Shown here: positions 25,219 to 34,551 of the stretch, piece by piece
Layout: each line of letters begins with the position of its first letter
Position numbering within the stretch: the first letter of the stretch is position 1
IMG/VR virus record: IMGVR_UViG_3300035676_000016
Location: 1 to 44,906 of that record
Direction: 5' to 3' (one strand)
DNA from: a virus
Taxonomy: Duplodnaviria > Caudoviricetes
Length of the DNA stretch: 44,906 nucleotides
The notes under the pieces: model-generated
Databases searched by the model: none
Told to the model about the DNA's origin: nothing
What the model saw: the letters and a program-made list of their open reading frames with translations, nothing else
Made by a program: the position numbers and the translations under genes

Positions 25219-25691
25219 TGCAGCACCACGTTGGAGTTCAGCGGTAGGGGGCCGACAAGTTGGCGGGTGACGCTACGTGCGGGGAAGCCAGAAATGACGC
25301 TGTCGATGGCGGAGCGGAAGCGTAATTCAATCGTAGTTTCGCTCAGGCTGGCGCCGATTCCGACGAGAAACTCCTGTTGCGTGGCTCCGTTTGCGGCGAT
25401 TGCGTTGGTGGCTGTCAGCCATACCGTTGTCAGTACCAGGCGGCTTAGGCGGTTGCCGTTGCCTGCGTCGAGTAATCGCAGGGCGAATTCCACGTTGGGG
25501 AACAGCACCTGCATGATGGTGTTGTCGCCGGTGTTGTTGGCGAGGCTGCCTTCAGCGCGGAATGGGGCGAAGTTGTAGCGCTGCCCTGCGTAGGTGTAGA
25601 CCTCGTTAACGAAGTAGTTCTGGTACAGATGGCGGGTGCCGTCTGTTGTTGTGAGGTCGAAGAACTGGGCGATGCGGATGTCGATGGCCAT
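25215..25691 (-). CDS. Minor tail protein (gpL-like)
   Basis: Position; Y.FAPF..G, FPAR..T..LVGPLP. Confidence 0.7.
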   Translation of the reverse strand: MAIDIRIAQFFDLTTTDGTRHLYQNYFVNEVYTYAGQRYNFAPFRAEGSLANNTGDNTIMQVLFPNVEFALRLLDAGNGNRLSRLVLTTVWLTATNAIAANGATQQEFLVGIGASLSETTIELRFRSAIDSVISGFPARSVTRQLVGPLPLNSNVVLQ

Positions 25692-26107
25692 TAGGCGTCA
25701 TCCGTCCGTGGATCTCGGATTTCGCCGACGAGGGAGATTGACACGTTGTAGATGCCGGGGCGGACGGACTCGACCTTTGGAGGTTCGGCGTATTCCCAGC
25801 GCAGGTTGCCACGGGCGGCAGCGCGGCTGGTGACTTCGCCGGCAACGTCGCTGCTCATGCCAGCAGTGATGTTGGCGGACAGGCGAAACCGCTGGTTGGC
25901 TGCTGTCTGGCTGTGGTAGTGATCCAGCAGGGTGTTGACGGCGGTGTCGGCGACGTTTGCGTACTGGAGGTCGAGTTTGGCGCCGTAGGGTGAGTTGCCG
26001 AAGGTACGGCGAGCCAGGACACCGGATAGTGTGCGAAAGCTGCGTTGGGGGTAGACGGCAGGGGTGAAACTGCGTGAGGAGGGTGTTAGCTCAGGAAAAT
26101 CAGCCAT
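25691..26107 (-). CDS. Distal tail / minor tail protein (gpM-like)
   Basis: Immediately after tape measure; FP.L.PSSRSF.P...WEYAEPP.V. Confidence 0.7.
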   Translation of the reverse strand: MADFPELTPSSRSFTPAVYPQRSFRTLSGVLARRTFGNSPYGAKLDLQYANVADTAVNTLLDHYHSQTAANQRFRLSANITAGMSSDVAGEVTSRAAARGNLRWEYAEPPKVESVRPGIYNVSISLVGEIRDPRTDDA

Positions 26108-28713
26108 TAGAAACCGACTCTCCGGCGGGTGTTGGGCGATTGCTGGAGGCGGTCCAGGGTCATCGTCATGCCGCGTTGGGCGCCATCGCGGGCGGCCTGG
26201 CGGCGGGTGGCAGCCATGGCCAGCTCCAGTTGATCGCGGCTGACGTATTCCACACCGCCAATACTGGTGGTTTCAAAACTCATATTAAGCACAGGACTGC
26301 CGCCCATACCTGGGGCAGAACCCATGGCGGAACGGAGGTCGTTGCTTGAAACCACAGAACCGCCGGTGCCAGGAACAAACAGTTCAGGGCCGCGTTCGCC
26401 AACGATGTAAGGAGAACCACCGTTAACGGGACCGCCGTTGGCACGAAAACTTGGTGCTCCAGGCATAAACATTGATGCCCCACCACCAACGCCAACACCA
26501 GGCATCGCTACTGGGCCTTGACCGCTGAATAGGCTACCCCCACCGCCGCCAAACAAACCCAACAAACTTTTAAACACATACATGGTAAGCATTTTTGTAA
26601 TAATTTCTGTTGCCATATTTATAAAAGCATCTGCTACACCTTTAAAAAATCCGGCTAATGTTTCTTGTGCTGTTTGGGCGCCAGTAATCAGCCCTTGGAA
26701 AGCACCTGAAAACGCAGCACTGATGCCTTCGGCGCTTTGCTTTACTATGTTTGTTTTACCTGCAAGTTCATCCAGTTCTTTTTTGTATTGATTCATGTGT
26801 TGTGCTGCTTTATCGTTCGGATCTAACGTAAAAGCTGTAGTGAACAGGTTTCCAGTGGCAGACGTACCAAAAGCACTGGAAAGGCGCTTTTGCGTATTTT
26901 TACTGAGTATCTCTGATACTCCAAGTAGCTCATACATTGCAGCTACCTCAGCCGTAACAAGTTCTACCCTCGCTTTTTGGTATTCGTTATTTGCACGGTT
27001 TATTTCGTTAGTTTGAGCTACTACTAGGTATTCGCGTTCCTGTAAACTAAGAGAGTTTGTATACAAACTTTCATATTTATTCATGCGTTCCAGTCGGTCT
27101 TTATCGTAAGCAGTTTGTAGTTTTTCCTGCTCCGTTAGTGCGTAGGAAATTTGCAGTTCGTAGTCGGTTTCTACCGCAAGTCTTGCGGCATACTCTAGTT
27201 GCTTTTTAAGCTGTTCTGCTTTGCGTTGCGCGTCGTCAGCGGATGTGTCTTTTTTACCTGCTGACGGAGGCATTTGTGCTGGCGCTGTTATACGCCCAAT
27301 GTCCGAAACGGCAGTGCTTTTTGGGGTTTTAAGTATCCCTTGTTCGTACCCAAAACGCTGTAATTCGTTACGAATACCTTGTTCCCGCAGAATTTGAAAT
27401 TCTTGCTGAGCGCGAGGAGAAATAATACCCGCGCCAGCAGCTAATTGGCGTCCTTTAGCCTCGCTTGGGTAGCGGCGAGCCGCCATGTCCATTGCTTCTT
27501 TTTCTATCTGCTTTAGGCGTGCTGGTGATACTACTTTGCCTGACTGAGCTTGAATTTGTGTACGTAGTAGCTCTGTATTTATAGTTTCTGTTAAAGCATT
27601 GAGAGCTAAAGTAGCTTTTGTGATTATTGTGTCGATAGCCGGAGCGAGAACTGTATAAAGTGTATTTGCTACATTCGTGACTGCGGTAACAGTGTTACCT
27701 AGGGCTACATTAAACTGCTGAAAAGCAGTTTTAGGTTTCTCTCCTGCTTGAATACCCTTATTTCCCATATCTACAAGAACATCAGCCAGTGCCTGTACAG
27801 ATATTTCACCGTCTTTAGCCATCGCGACAATGGCATTGCGCGATACTTTGTACTTAGCGGCCAATGCGTCCTGTATAGGAATACCTTGACTTGTTAACTG
27901 ATTAAGAGTAGCTTGTGTTACTTTGCCACTTTCTAGTGCGCTTGTAAATGCGTTGGTGACTTTATCAATCTTACCTCCATATGTTTCTGTGAGTTGGCTT
28001 ACAAGACGTATGGCGTTAGCTTGCTCTTCTATGGATAAACCTAAGCCGCGAATATTTTGAACCGCGTCTGTAAATTTTTCAGCCTCTTGTCCCGCAAGAC
28101 GAAACGCCTGCTGAAGTTGTTTTGTTTGTTCAGCGGTAAACCCTATATCAGCAGCTACTTCTTTAATCTTATTGCCTTGTTCAGCGATACCTCCAAGCAG
28201 CGTGCCTAAGAGTGAACCAGCAAATCCTCCTGTTCCTCCAAACAAACCGCCGAGCGCACCTCCTATAGCACCTCCAGTTGCTGCTCCACCGCCCTGTCCG
28301 AAGAGCAGGGGAAAAGCACCGCCAATTACCGCGTTGCTGACAACACCTCCTAATCGTCCTGATGATGTTGATGCGCGAGCAGTCTGTTTATTTGCAAGTC
28401 CCAGCTCTTTCTGGCGTGCTGCGATAGCAGCAGAAAGTTTCTTTTCAGCTTGTTCAGCTTGATACAAAGATTTTACGTATAAATCTATAGCTTGTTTTTG
28501 TACTTTTGTTCCGGCAGCAGACGCTAGTACGCTTTTATTTGCCTGTTCTACAGCAGACCTATAATTATTGATACTTGCGGGAATAACGCCTTGTAATTTT
28601 GCCGCTTTATTTACATTATTGATTGTTACGCTCAGTTGACCTAATTGGTCGCTAACTGTCTTTAGTTCGCGTCCACCTTTGATGGCAATTTCAATATCGG
28701 CTCTGTAGGCCAC
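26107..28713 (-). CDS. Tail tape measure protein
   Basis: 868 aa Ala/Gln-rich helical protein with a Gly-rich hydrophobic stretch; C-terminal RANGGPV...YIVGERGPELFVP. Confidence 0.92.
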   Translation of the reverse strand: MAYRADIEIAIKGGRELKTVSDQLGQLSVTINNVNKAAKLQGVIPASINNYRSAVEQANKSVLASAAGTKVQKQAIDLYVKSLYQAEQAEKKLSAAIAARQKELGLANKQTARASTSSGRLGGVVSNAVIGGAFPLLFGQGGGAATGGAIGGALGGLFGGTGGFAGSLLGTLLGGIAEQGNKIKEVAADIGFTAEQTKQLQQAFRLAGQEAEKFTDAVQNIRGLGLSIEEQANAIRLVSQLTETYGGKIDKVTNAFTSALESGKVTQATLNQLTSQGIPIQDALAAKYKVSRNAIVAMAKDGEISVQALADVLVDMGNKGIQAGEKPKTAFQQFNVALGNTVTAVTNVANTLYTVLAPAIDTIITKATLALNALTETINTELLRTQIQAQSGKVVSPARLKQIEKEAMDMAARRYPSEAKGRQLAAGAGIISPRAQQEFQILREQGIRNELQRFGYEQGILKTPKSTAVSDIGRITAPAQMPPSAGKKDTSADDAQRKAEQLKKQLEYAARLAVETDYELQISYALTEQEKLQTAYDKDRLERMNKYESLYTNSLSLQEREYLVVAQTNEINRANNEYQKARVELVTAEVAAMYELLGVSEILSKNTQKRLSSAFGTSATGNLFTTAFTLDPNDKAAQHMNQYKKELDELAGKTNIVKQSAEGISAAFSGAFQGLITGAQTAQETLAGFFKGVADAFINMATEIITKMLTMYVFKSLLGLFGGGGGSLFSGQGPVAMPGVGVGGGASMFMPGAPSFRANGGPVNGGSPYIVGERGPELFVPGTGGSVVSSNDLRSAMGSAPGMGGSPVLNMSFETTSIGGVEYVSRDQLELAMAATRRQAARDGAQRGMTMTLDRLQQSPNTRRRVGF

Positions 28714-28749
28714 GGTGCCGCTATCCTCTGGTACTTCAGTTTACGCGAC

Positions 28750-28775
28750 AAAAAGCCGCCGGGGTTAGCGGCGGC
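28750..28775 (-). terminator. Intrinsic terminator
   Basis: GCCGCC...GGCGGC followed by TTTTT on the - strand. Confidence 0.6.
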
Positions 28776-28962
28776 GTTTGGCTTTTTCCATCTCCTTTTG
28801 CTGGTCTTCGTTGAGGATTTGGAAATAGGCGCTCCAGCCGAGGAGTTCTTCGGGGGTCATGTTGGTGCTGATCTCCGAAAGGGTTTTGCCTAGCTCCTTG
28901 GCGACTCCGAATTGGAGCATGAGCCAGTTGTCCTTACGGAGTTCGGCGCTCAGGATTTTGGG
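28765..28962 (-). CDS. Tail assembly chaperone extension (gpT-like), reached by -1 frameshift
   Basis: -1 frame PKILSAELRKDNWLMLQFGVAKELGKTLSEI...MTPEELLGWSAYF...KRRR*; slippery C CCA AAA at 28962-28956. Confidence 0.8.
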   Translation of the reverse strand, partial: PKILSAELRKDNWLMLQFGVAKELGKTLSEISTNMTPEELLGWSAYFQILNEDQQKEMEKAKRRR

Positions 28963-29291
28963 TCGATGGGCTCCACGTCGTCCGTCAGGATTGCCAGCAT
29001 CAGGGCTTGGAGATCCTTGTCCTTGACTTCGTTCTTCAGTACGTCGATTTCGCCGACGCTGAAAATCTTGGCGCCAGTGTCGTCGAGGGCTTTGGCGATC
29101 AGTAGTTGAAGGGCAAAAGCGTTGGCGTCGTCAGACTTGGCTTGCTTCTGGGCGCGTTCGCGCTCGGCCATTGTCAGGGGCGCCACCCACATTTCAAAAA
29201 TGCTGCCGTCAGACAGTTCGACGGTCTTTTTGACGGGCTCCAGGTTGGCGGCCTTGCGTAGGCGGTCAATGGCGCGAACTGGAACAGGCAT
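28950..29291 (-). CDS. Tail assembly chaperone (gpG-like)
   Basis: Between tail tube and tape measure; ends ...DPKS just after the slippery site. Confidence 0.85.
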   Translation of the reverse strand: MPVPVRAIDRLRKAANLEPVKKTVELSDGSIFEMWVAPLTMAERERAQKQAKSDDANAFALQLLIAKALDDTGAKIFSVGEIDVLKNEVKDKDLQALMLAILTDDVEPIDPKS

Positions 29292-29335
29292 AAGAGGTGC
29301 TTGTTTATGGTTTCTACTGTAGCGGACTAGACAGC

Positions 29336-29358
29336 AAAAAGCCCCAGGTGACTGGGGC
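29336..29358 (-). terminator. Intrinsic terminator after tail tube
   Basis: GCCCCA-loop-TGGGGC followed by TTTTT on the - strand. Confidence 0.7.
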
Positions 29359-29388
29359 GGTTTGCTGAATCTGGCCGGCGATAGCCTA

Positions 29389-30159
29389 TCAGGACTTGGC
29401 GAAGTCGAAGGTAGGCGTGCCAGAGGGGCGGAAGTTGACGGTTACCGATTGGGCGTCATCGGGGTTGATGTTTAGGCTGGCCGAGGTCAGTACTGCATCG
29501 AAGGCGATGGAGCGGCTGAGGGTTTCGCTCAAGGTGCCGCCGCTGAAAACGCGGTCGGTGTAGAGCTTGAAGGCGGCGCCGTTTTGTTGGCGCTGCAGCA
29601 CGTCCTCAATCATCCGGTTGGACAGGGCGGCGTCTTCATCAGTCATGTAGACCGTCGCAGTGCCGGTGCCGTCGCCGAAGCCGCTGATGTAGCTACGGAA
29701 AGGTACGTATTGGCCAGGGGTTTGACCGATGGTTGTTACGTCGATTTCAGCGCGGCTGATTTCAAAGCTCCAGTCGCGGACTTGGCCGACAACGGCGAAG
29801 TCGGCGTAGTAAACCTCGAACTCGTTGGGGGCAACTGCGGTGCCGTCATCAGTGATGGCCAGGATGATGCCACCAGCAGACGTGGAGACGGTCAGCGCGC
29901 CAGTCGCAGCGGTGTAGGACAGCACGTAATACGTGGTTGCTGCGCTAATTGGTGCAGGCAGCGTGCCGGTGCCAGCCTCACCGGTTTGGCTATTCACCAC
30001 GCGGAATTTCACGGGGTCGCCAACCTTGAAGTTCAGGTAGGGGGCAACGGTGATGACATCGGTGGAGGCATTGACGTTGGATTCGCCAAAAGTACCAGTG
30101 GTGCCGGCGGGCTTGTAGTAGAGAGCGCCGGACGTGCCGGACAGGACAGTGGTGGCCAT
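29389..30159 (-). CDS. Major tail tube protein
   Basis: VGQVRDWSFEISRAEIDVTT..GFGDGTGTATV; position; followed by a terminator. Confidence 0.88.
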   Translation of the reverse strand: MATTVLSGTSGALYYKPAGTTGTFGESNVNASTDVITVAPYLNFKVGDPVKFRVVNSQTGEAGTGTLPAPISAATTYYVLSYTAATGALTVSTSAGGIILAITDDGTAVAPNEFEVYYADFAVVGQVRDWSFEISRAEIDVTTIGQTPGQYVPFRSYISGFGDGTGTATVYMTDEDAALSNRMIEDVLQRQQNGAAFKLYTDRVFSGGTLSETLSRSIAFDAVLTSASLNINPDDAQSVTVNFRPSGTPTFDFAKS

Positions 30160-30234
30160 GGGGCGTACCAAAGAATGGGATAGGGGCGGGCACTGCCCGG
30201 CTTAATACAGGTTAGCGCCTGTACAAAGCGCTAC

Positions 30235-30666
30235 CTATGACAACACAGTTGCCGTGTAGGAGGTGTCAATGCGGCCCACAAAGTGGGGCGCTTCCTCTGT
30301 TGAGGAAAAAGAAGGGCCGTTGATGCTGCCAACTCTGAAAAATACGCCAGTGGTTGATTTATTTGAGTTATTTAGTGTTTCAAGAACGTTTACTGCTGTG
30401 GTGATAAGAGTTTGGTTGCGGGCAGGGCCGCGGCCTTTTTCAGTGAAAATGCGGATGACGATGGCGCCACGGGCGTTGTCCACGCTGGAAGTCAGCGTGG
30501 GATCGTTGGTGAGTCCGAAGGTGACGTTGACTCGGACGTATTCGGTGGTGGTATTAGGTGGGACGGCCGTGATGTTGTCGAAATAGACCGGAACGGCTGG
30601 TACCAGTGCGCCAAACGCGGAAAGTAGAGGGTTTTCGACGGCGGCGCGGATGGCTTGGTAGTTCAT
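30235..30666 (-). CDS. Tail terminator / completion protein
   Basis: PVYFDN...G.IVIRIFTEKGRG; position before the tube gene. Confidence 0.72.
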   Translation of the reverse strand: MNYQAIRAAVENPLLSAFGALVPAVPVYFDNITAVPPNTTTEYVRVNVTFGLTNDPTLTSSVDNARGAIVIRIFTEKGRGPARNQTLITTAVNVLETLNNSNKSTTGVFFRVGSINGPSFSSTEEAPHFVGRIDTSYTATVLS

Positions 30667-31211
30667 AACCGTATGCGGCCTAGTTCAGTATCTAGTTCCA
30701 GCTTAATTCGACGGTCGATACTGCCTCCCTGTACATAGGTGGGGTACCAGTCAAGGGGGGCGGTGCTGCGGTTGGGGCCTTCGTCGTCGCCGATGAGATC
30801 GCCGCGATAGCCGCTAATGCGGGTGCCGCGGTCATATTCCTTGATGGGAAGGGTGCCAGGGTCGATGTAATCGCTTTCGACTAGATCACGGGCTACATCT
30901 GCGTGGGGGGCAAAGTTAGAGATTGTGTATTTGATGTCGTCGAAGGCGAAGCCGCGGCCGCTAAGTAGTGGGGCGGGAATGCGGCGAGGAGTGCCAGGAG
31001 CGCCGGTGCCGGCGGTGCGGCGGCCGTCAGAAGTTTCTATCTGCCAAGAGTTGGCGAATTTGCCGGACCAGACCGGGCCGGCTTCTTGGAGATCGACGAC
31101 GATTTCTTCGGCGGCGCGGGCGGGACCACGGCTAAATGCAGCAACCGCAAAGCGGTCGATGTTTTCGGCCAGTCGGTCCAACTCGTTGAAAAATCCTCTG
31201 CTGCGGGCCAT
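30663..31211 (-). CDS. Neck protein (HK97 gp10-like)
   Basis: GPVWSGKFANSW motif; position. Confidence 0.7.
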   Translation of the reverse strand: MARSRGFFNELDRLAENIDRFAVAAFSRGPARAAEEIVVDLQEAGPVWSGKFANSWQIETSDGRRTAGTGAPGTPRRIPAPLLSGRGFAFDDIKYTISNFAPHADVARDLVESDYIDPGTLPIKEYDRGTRISGYRGDLIGDDEGPNRSTAPLDWYPTYVQGGSIDRRIKLELDTELGRIRL

Positions 31212-31588
31212 TACTGGGGCCTCGCGATCAGAGTGTGGAGAACCGGGTTATCGCCGCGATAGCTGGTGATGGCGACAATCTTGGCCTCCCGTGTGACGCC
31301 ATCTTGTGGGTACTGCACACGGTCCGCTTCGGTCGGGTAATACGTGCCAAGCTCAGCAGCGCCAATGATGATTTTGAGATCAGTTGTTTGATACAGACCT
31401 TCAGATTCACGGGGATTGACGCGGGTGATGACGGCACGAACGGTGACGGAAGTGTCGGATCCAGTGACGGCCCCAGTGGTGGGGTTGTAGGTGCGGGGTG
31501 TAGCGGTTTTGATGTACGTGATGTCCTGGCCCCACTGGCGTAGGAGGGCAGGGGGTACGGCGGCAAAGGTGTCGTCTATGCGGGACAT
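31211..31588 (-). CDS. Head closure / head-tail joining protein
   Basis: YNPTTG...TDLKIII..PT..D; position. Confidence 0.7.
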   Translation of the reverse strand: MSRIDDTFAAVPPALLRQWGQDITYIKTATPRTYNPTTGAVTGSDTSVTVRAVITRVNPRESEGLYQTTDLKIIIGAAELGTYYPTEADRVQYPQDGVTREAKIVAITSYRGDNPVLHTLIARPQ

Positions 31589-32118
31589 CAGTTGCGGAAC
31601 AGACGGACGGCGTAGTTAGAAGCGCCACCCATGCAGTAGGCGCCAAGGTAGGTTTGGAGCCAGGGGTAAACGTCAAAGACGTTGTTGATGACGCCGCTGG
31701 TTTGGGAAGATTTGTTGTATTTGACTTTGAGTTCGCCGAGTTCTACTTCGTCGTAGATGCCCGTGGTGCCAGTGGTGCCGGTGATGGCGGTGGTGTCGTT
31801 GGCGAAGGCGCGGGCGAGTTCGTAAGTAGCGGTTTTGATTCCGTCAGGAATCAAAGTGCAGGCAAGGGCGATGCCGTCAACCGTGTAGTTGTCGCGGGGC
31901 CACTTGAGGGCTTGGGTTTCGGTGCAGCGGTCGCCGTAAAAGCTAAGGGCGTCGATCCAGCGGGTTGCGGAGATCAGGGCGCGGTTCTTTTGGTCGTCGG
32001 TTTTGCTGACCCAGGTGCTGGAGTCGGGGACTGTTTCGAAGTAGGCGTTGGCAGCAGCAAGCGTCACGTAGCTGTTGGCTGCGGGCCCCGCTAACGTCGC
32101 GTCGATTACTGCAGCCAC
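31588..32118 (-). CDS. Head-tail adaptor (DnaT-like family)
   Basis: ANSYVTLA.A..YF...ALISATRWID...QALKWPR. Confidence 0.8.
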   Translation of the reverse strand: MAAVIDATLAGPAANSYVTLAAANAYFETVPDSSTWVSKTDDQKNRALISATRWIDALSFYGDRCTETQALKWPRDNYTVDGIALACTLIPDGIKTATYELARAFANDTTAITGTTGTTGIYDEVELGELKVKYNKSSQTSGVINNVFDVYPWLQTYLGAYCMGGASNYAVRLFRN

Positions 32119-32121
32119 TAA

Positions 32122-32316
32122 TCAGTACAGCCTTTTCTTGAGTCTAGCTCCAGTGGAGAATTTTCTTGATTTGGGTGGGGAGCTGAGCAGGGCCGCGTGG
32201 TACACGTCGGCGCCAGTCATTTCGAGTTCGGCTTGCGTCTCTAGGTGTTGGCCGTAAGGGACATCGATGAAGGAACGGCGGTTATTCTGTAGTACGAAGA
32301 GACGCACTGTACTCAT
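32122..32316 (-). CDS. Hypothetical protein
   Basis: MSTVRLFVLQNNRRSFIDVPYGQH; start codon overlaps the divergent ATG. Confidence 0.55.
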   Translation of the reverse strand: MSTVRLFVLQNNRRSFIDVPYGQHLETQAELEMTGADVYHAALLSSPPKSRKFSTGARLKKRLY

Positions 32317-32590
32317 GGCTATCCGCAAAACTGCCAGCACTGAAGGCAGCCTAGAAGCGAAAGCACCTTCTGCATTGCCCGGTAAGGAGGTAAGGTCGCT
32401 GGAGGTTGTTGCTGCTGCAATCCGGGAGCAGTTTGTTGCTGGTGTAGATGCTGAGACGATCCAGCAGGAACTTGCCGTGAGTCCACATGTGTTTCGTGAG
32501 TTGCTGAGTCATTCGTACAAGTTGGTGGGTAGGGCGCCAACGATTTTTGAGTACCAGGAGAAAATCAGGATTGGTGAGATTGAAGCTTGA
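32315..32590 (+). CDS. Hypothetical (possibly HTH) protein, antisense to the morphogenesis operon
   Basis: MAIRKT...IREQFVAGVDAETIQQELAVSPHVFRELL; ends at a bidirectional terminator. Confidence 0.6.
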   Translation: MAIRKTASTEGSLEAKAPSALPGKEVRSLEVVAAAIREQFVAGVDAETIQQELAVSPHVFRELLSHSYKLVGRAPTIFEYQEKIRIGEIEA

Positions 32591-32600
32591 GTAAATAGGC

Positions 32601-32637
32601 AAAAGAAAAGGCCCCCGGTTTGGGGGCCTTTGTTTTG
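32601..32637. terminator. Bidirectional intrinsic terminator after capsid gene
   Basis: AAAAGAAAAGGCCCCC-GGTTT-GGGGGCCTTTTGTTTT. Confidence 0.85.
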
Positions 32638-32651
32638 GCGCGTACTGGAGA

Positions 32652-33758
32652 TCAGTATGCGGTGGTATCGAAGGGGGTGTTTACCAGCAGGCGAGCGATG
32701 GGCACTTGCTTGGTGGTGCTGTACACGAGGTTCCAGCTGGCGGTGTCGGCCAGGTTGCCGGTGGTGGCAGCGTTGGTCGGGTTGTCGCCGGCGACGGCCC
32801 ACTTGGTACCAGTGATGTGGTAACCGTAGTGGTAGTCCACAGCCAGGATGTCCTGCATGGACAGGATGTTGCGGTCGGCGCCAAGGCGCAGATCCTGTTG
32901 AATGCCCTCGGAAACCACACCCGACTTGAAGAGGTACACGGGGTACTTCTTAGCGTGGGTGGAGGTGCCACCGGTCAGGGCGGTCAGCTGGTCGTCGATC
33001 ACCACGCGGAGACCCGCGAAGGTGGCAACTTCAGCTGCGGTTACGCCCACACCGCCGCCGCCCCAAGTGATGGCGCCGCCGGTGGACAGAGCGGAGGTGC
33101 TGAACACCAGCATCCCCACCTGTTGCAGGTAGTAGGCCACGTTGGAGTGCATGGCGATGGCGTCGAGTTCGTCGCCGCGCTCACCCAGCAGTGCCTTGGT
33201 GCCAACCACGTTGGCCACGTTCAGAAAGTTGGCCTCGGTCATCGAACCGGGGACACCAGCAAACGTCTTGTTGCTTTGGTTGGGACCAAGCACGCCAGCG
33301 CCGCTAATGCCACCGAACAGACCCAGCAGTTGGGCAGCCAGGGTGGCGGTCTTCAGCTTGTTGATGGCTGCAGACAGTTGGTTGCGGACGTGGGCGAGAG
33401 GGTCGGCGCCAGAGCCCAGCTTGCTGAGATCGTCGGCCGCGTAGGCGAAACCGCGATGCAGCAGGGTCATGATCTGCTCGTCGGCAGTCACGTTCTGTGC
33501 GGTCAGATAGCCCAGGCCGCCGTTCCAGCTGGAGGTGGACAGGATCTGGGTTTCGGTCGGGGCGATGGGGTCGAAGAAAGGCACGCGTACGCGGGTCCCA
33601 CCGGCGCGGGCATCCAGGGCAGCGTTACGCTGCACAATGCCGCTTTGGATCCACTTCGATTGCTCGAAGATGCCCTCGGCGGTGTACTGGAGGAATTCGG
33701 GGCGGGTAACAAGGTTCGAGAGAAAAGTTCCCCCGAAGTTGCTGTTAGAAGCAGACAT
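32652..33758 (-). CDS. Major capsid protein
   Basis: 368 aa after scaffold; FLQY..E...WIQSGIV, GGT.V.VPFF, DPLAHV.NQL, AMHSNV, GLRVVIDD; strong terminator. Confidence 0.9.
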   Translation of the reverse strand: MSASNSNFGGTFLSNLVTRPEFLQYTAEGIFEQSKWIQSGIVQRNAALDARAGGTRVRVPFFDPIAPTETQILSTSSWNGGLGYLTAQNVTADEQIMTLLHRGFAYAADDLSKLGSGADPLAHVRNQLSAAINKLKTATLAAQLLGLFGGISGAGVLGPNQSNKTFAGVPGSMTEANFLNVANVVGTKALLGERGDELDAIAMHSNVAYYLQQVGMLVFSTSALSTGGAITWGGGGVGVTAAEVATFAGLRVVIDDQLTALTGGTSTHAKKYPVYLFKSGVVSEGIQQDLRLGADRNILSMQDILAVDYHYGYHITGTKWAVAGDNPTNAATTGNLADTASWNLVYSTTKQVPIARLLVNTPFDTTAY

Positions 33759-33804
33759 TGGATAGCTCCAGTGGAGTCATGGTTGGGGATGTGCCCCACA
33801 GGGG

Positions 33805-34512
33805 CTAGGCGCCGGCTTCTGCTTTGAGGAGGCGGGCCTTGTCGGGGTCTTGGCTAAGGAGGAGCATCTGTTGAGTGATGTTCCAGCTGTCCTTTTGCCA
33901 AGGGTTGGATTGGCCGGGAAGTGAGCTGGTGCGGGCACTGCCTGCTACGCCCATTCCCGCCCGGTTGGTTGCTGCGAAGTGATGTTCGTAGCCGCTACCG
34001 GGATTTTTGAGATTGGCGATGTACTCGCCGATCTGAACTTCCACGCCGCCGGCGACAGCCACAGGCTGACCGTCTTTGGCGCGAAGGTTCTCCTGAAGTA
34101 AACGATACAGCTGATCGGGTGCTAATGCACCAGCGTTAGACAGTTGGGCGATGGTGGCGGATTTGATTTGTTCCTGTGTGTAGCCTTGGCGGATTTGCTC
34201 GGTTTCGGCTTCTTTTGCGGCGAGTTGTTGCTTGAGGTCGGCGACGGTTTGTTGGGCCTCTTCCCAGAGAGTTTTGTATTCGCCGGATTGGGCAAGTTGT
34301 TGGGTTTTGGCTTCTTGTTGGGCAGCAGATAGGGCGTCTAGTTGTTTCTGGAGGGTTTCGCGGGTTTCGCGGTCCTTGCGGCGCTCGCCGATAAGCTCGG
34401 CGTTCTTCGCACGAAGGGCCTCCAGTTGTTGGGCAAGGTCCGAAGTGTCAGCCACAGGCTGGGATGCCGCAGACTCCACGGGAGTAGGAGGCATAAGTTG
34501 ATCTTCGGGCAC
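33805..34512 (-). CDS. Head scaffolding protein
   Basis: Coiled coil (LRAKNAELIGE...GEYKTLWE), C-terminal NPW..WNITQQ; between portal and capsid. Confidence 0.85.
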   Translation of the reverse strand: MPEDQLMPPTPVESAASQPVADTSDLAQQLEALRAKNAELIGERRKDRETRETLQKQLDALSAAQQEAKTQQLAQSGEYKTLWEEAQQTVADLKQQLAAKEAETEQIRQGYTQEQIKSATIAQLSNAGALAPDQLYRLLQENLRAKDGQPVAVAGGVEVQIGEYIANLKNPGSGYEHHFAATNRAGMGVAGSARTSSLPGQSNPWQKDSWNITQQMLLLSQDPDKARLLKAEAGA

Positions 34513-34551
34513 GATTATGTGTTACAGGGACGCTTCTAGTCTACAAGGGTA

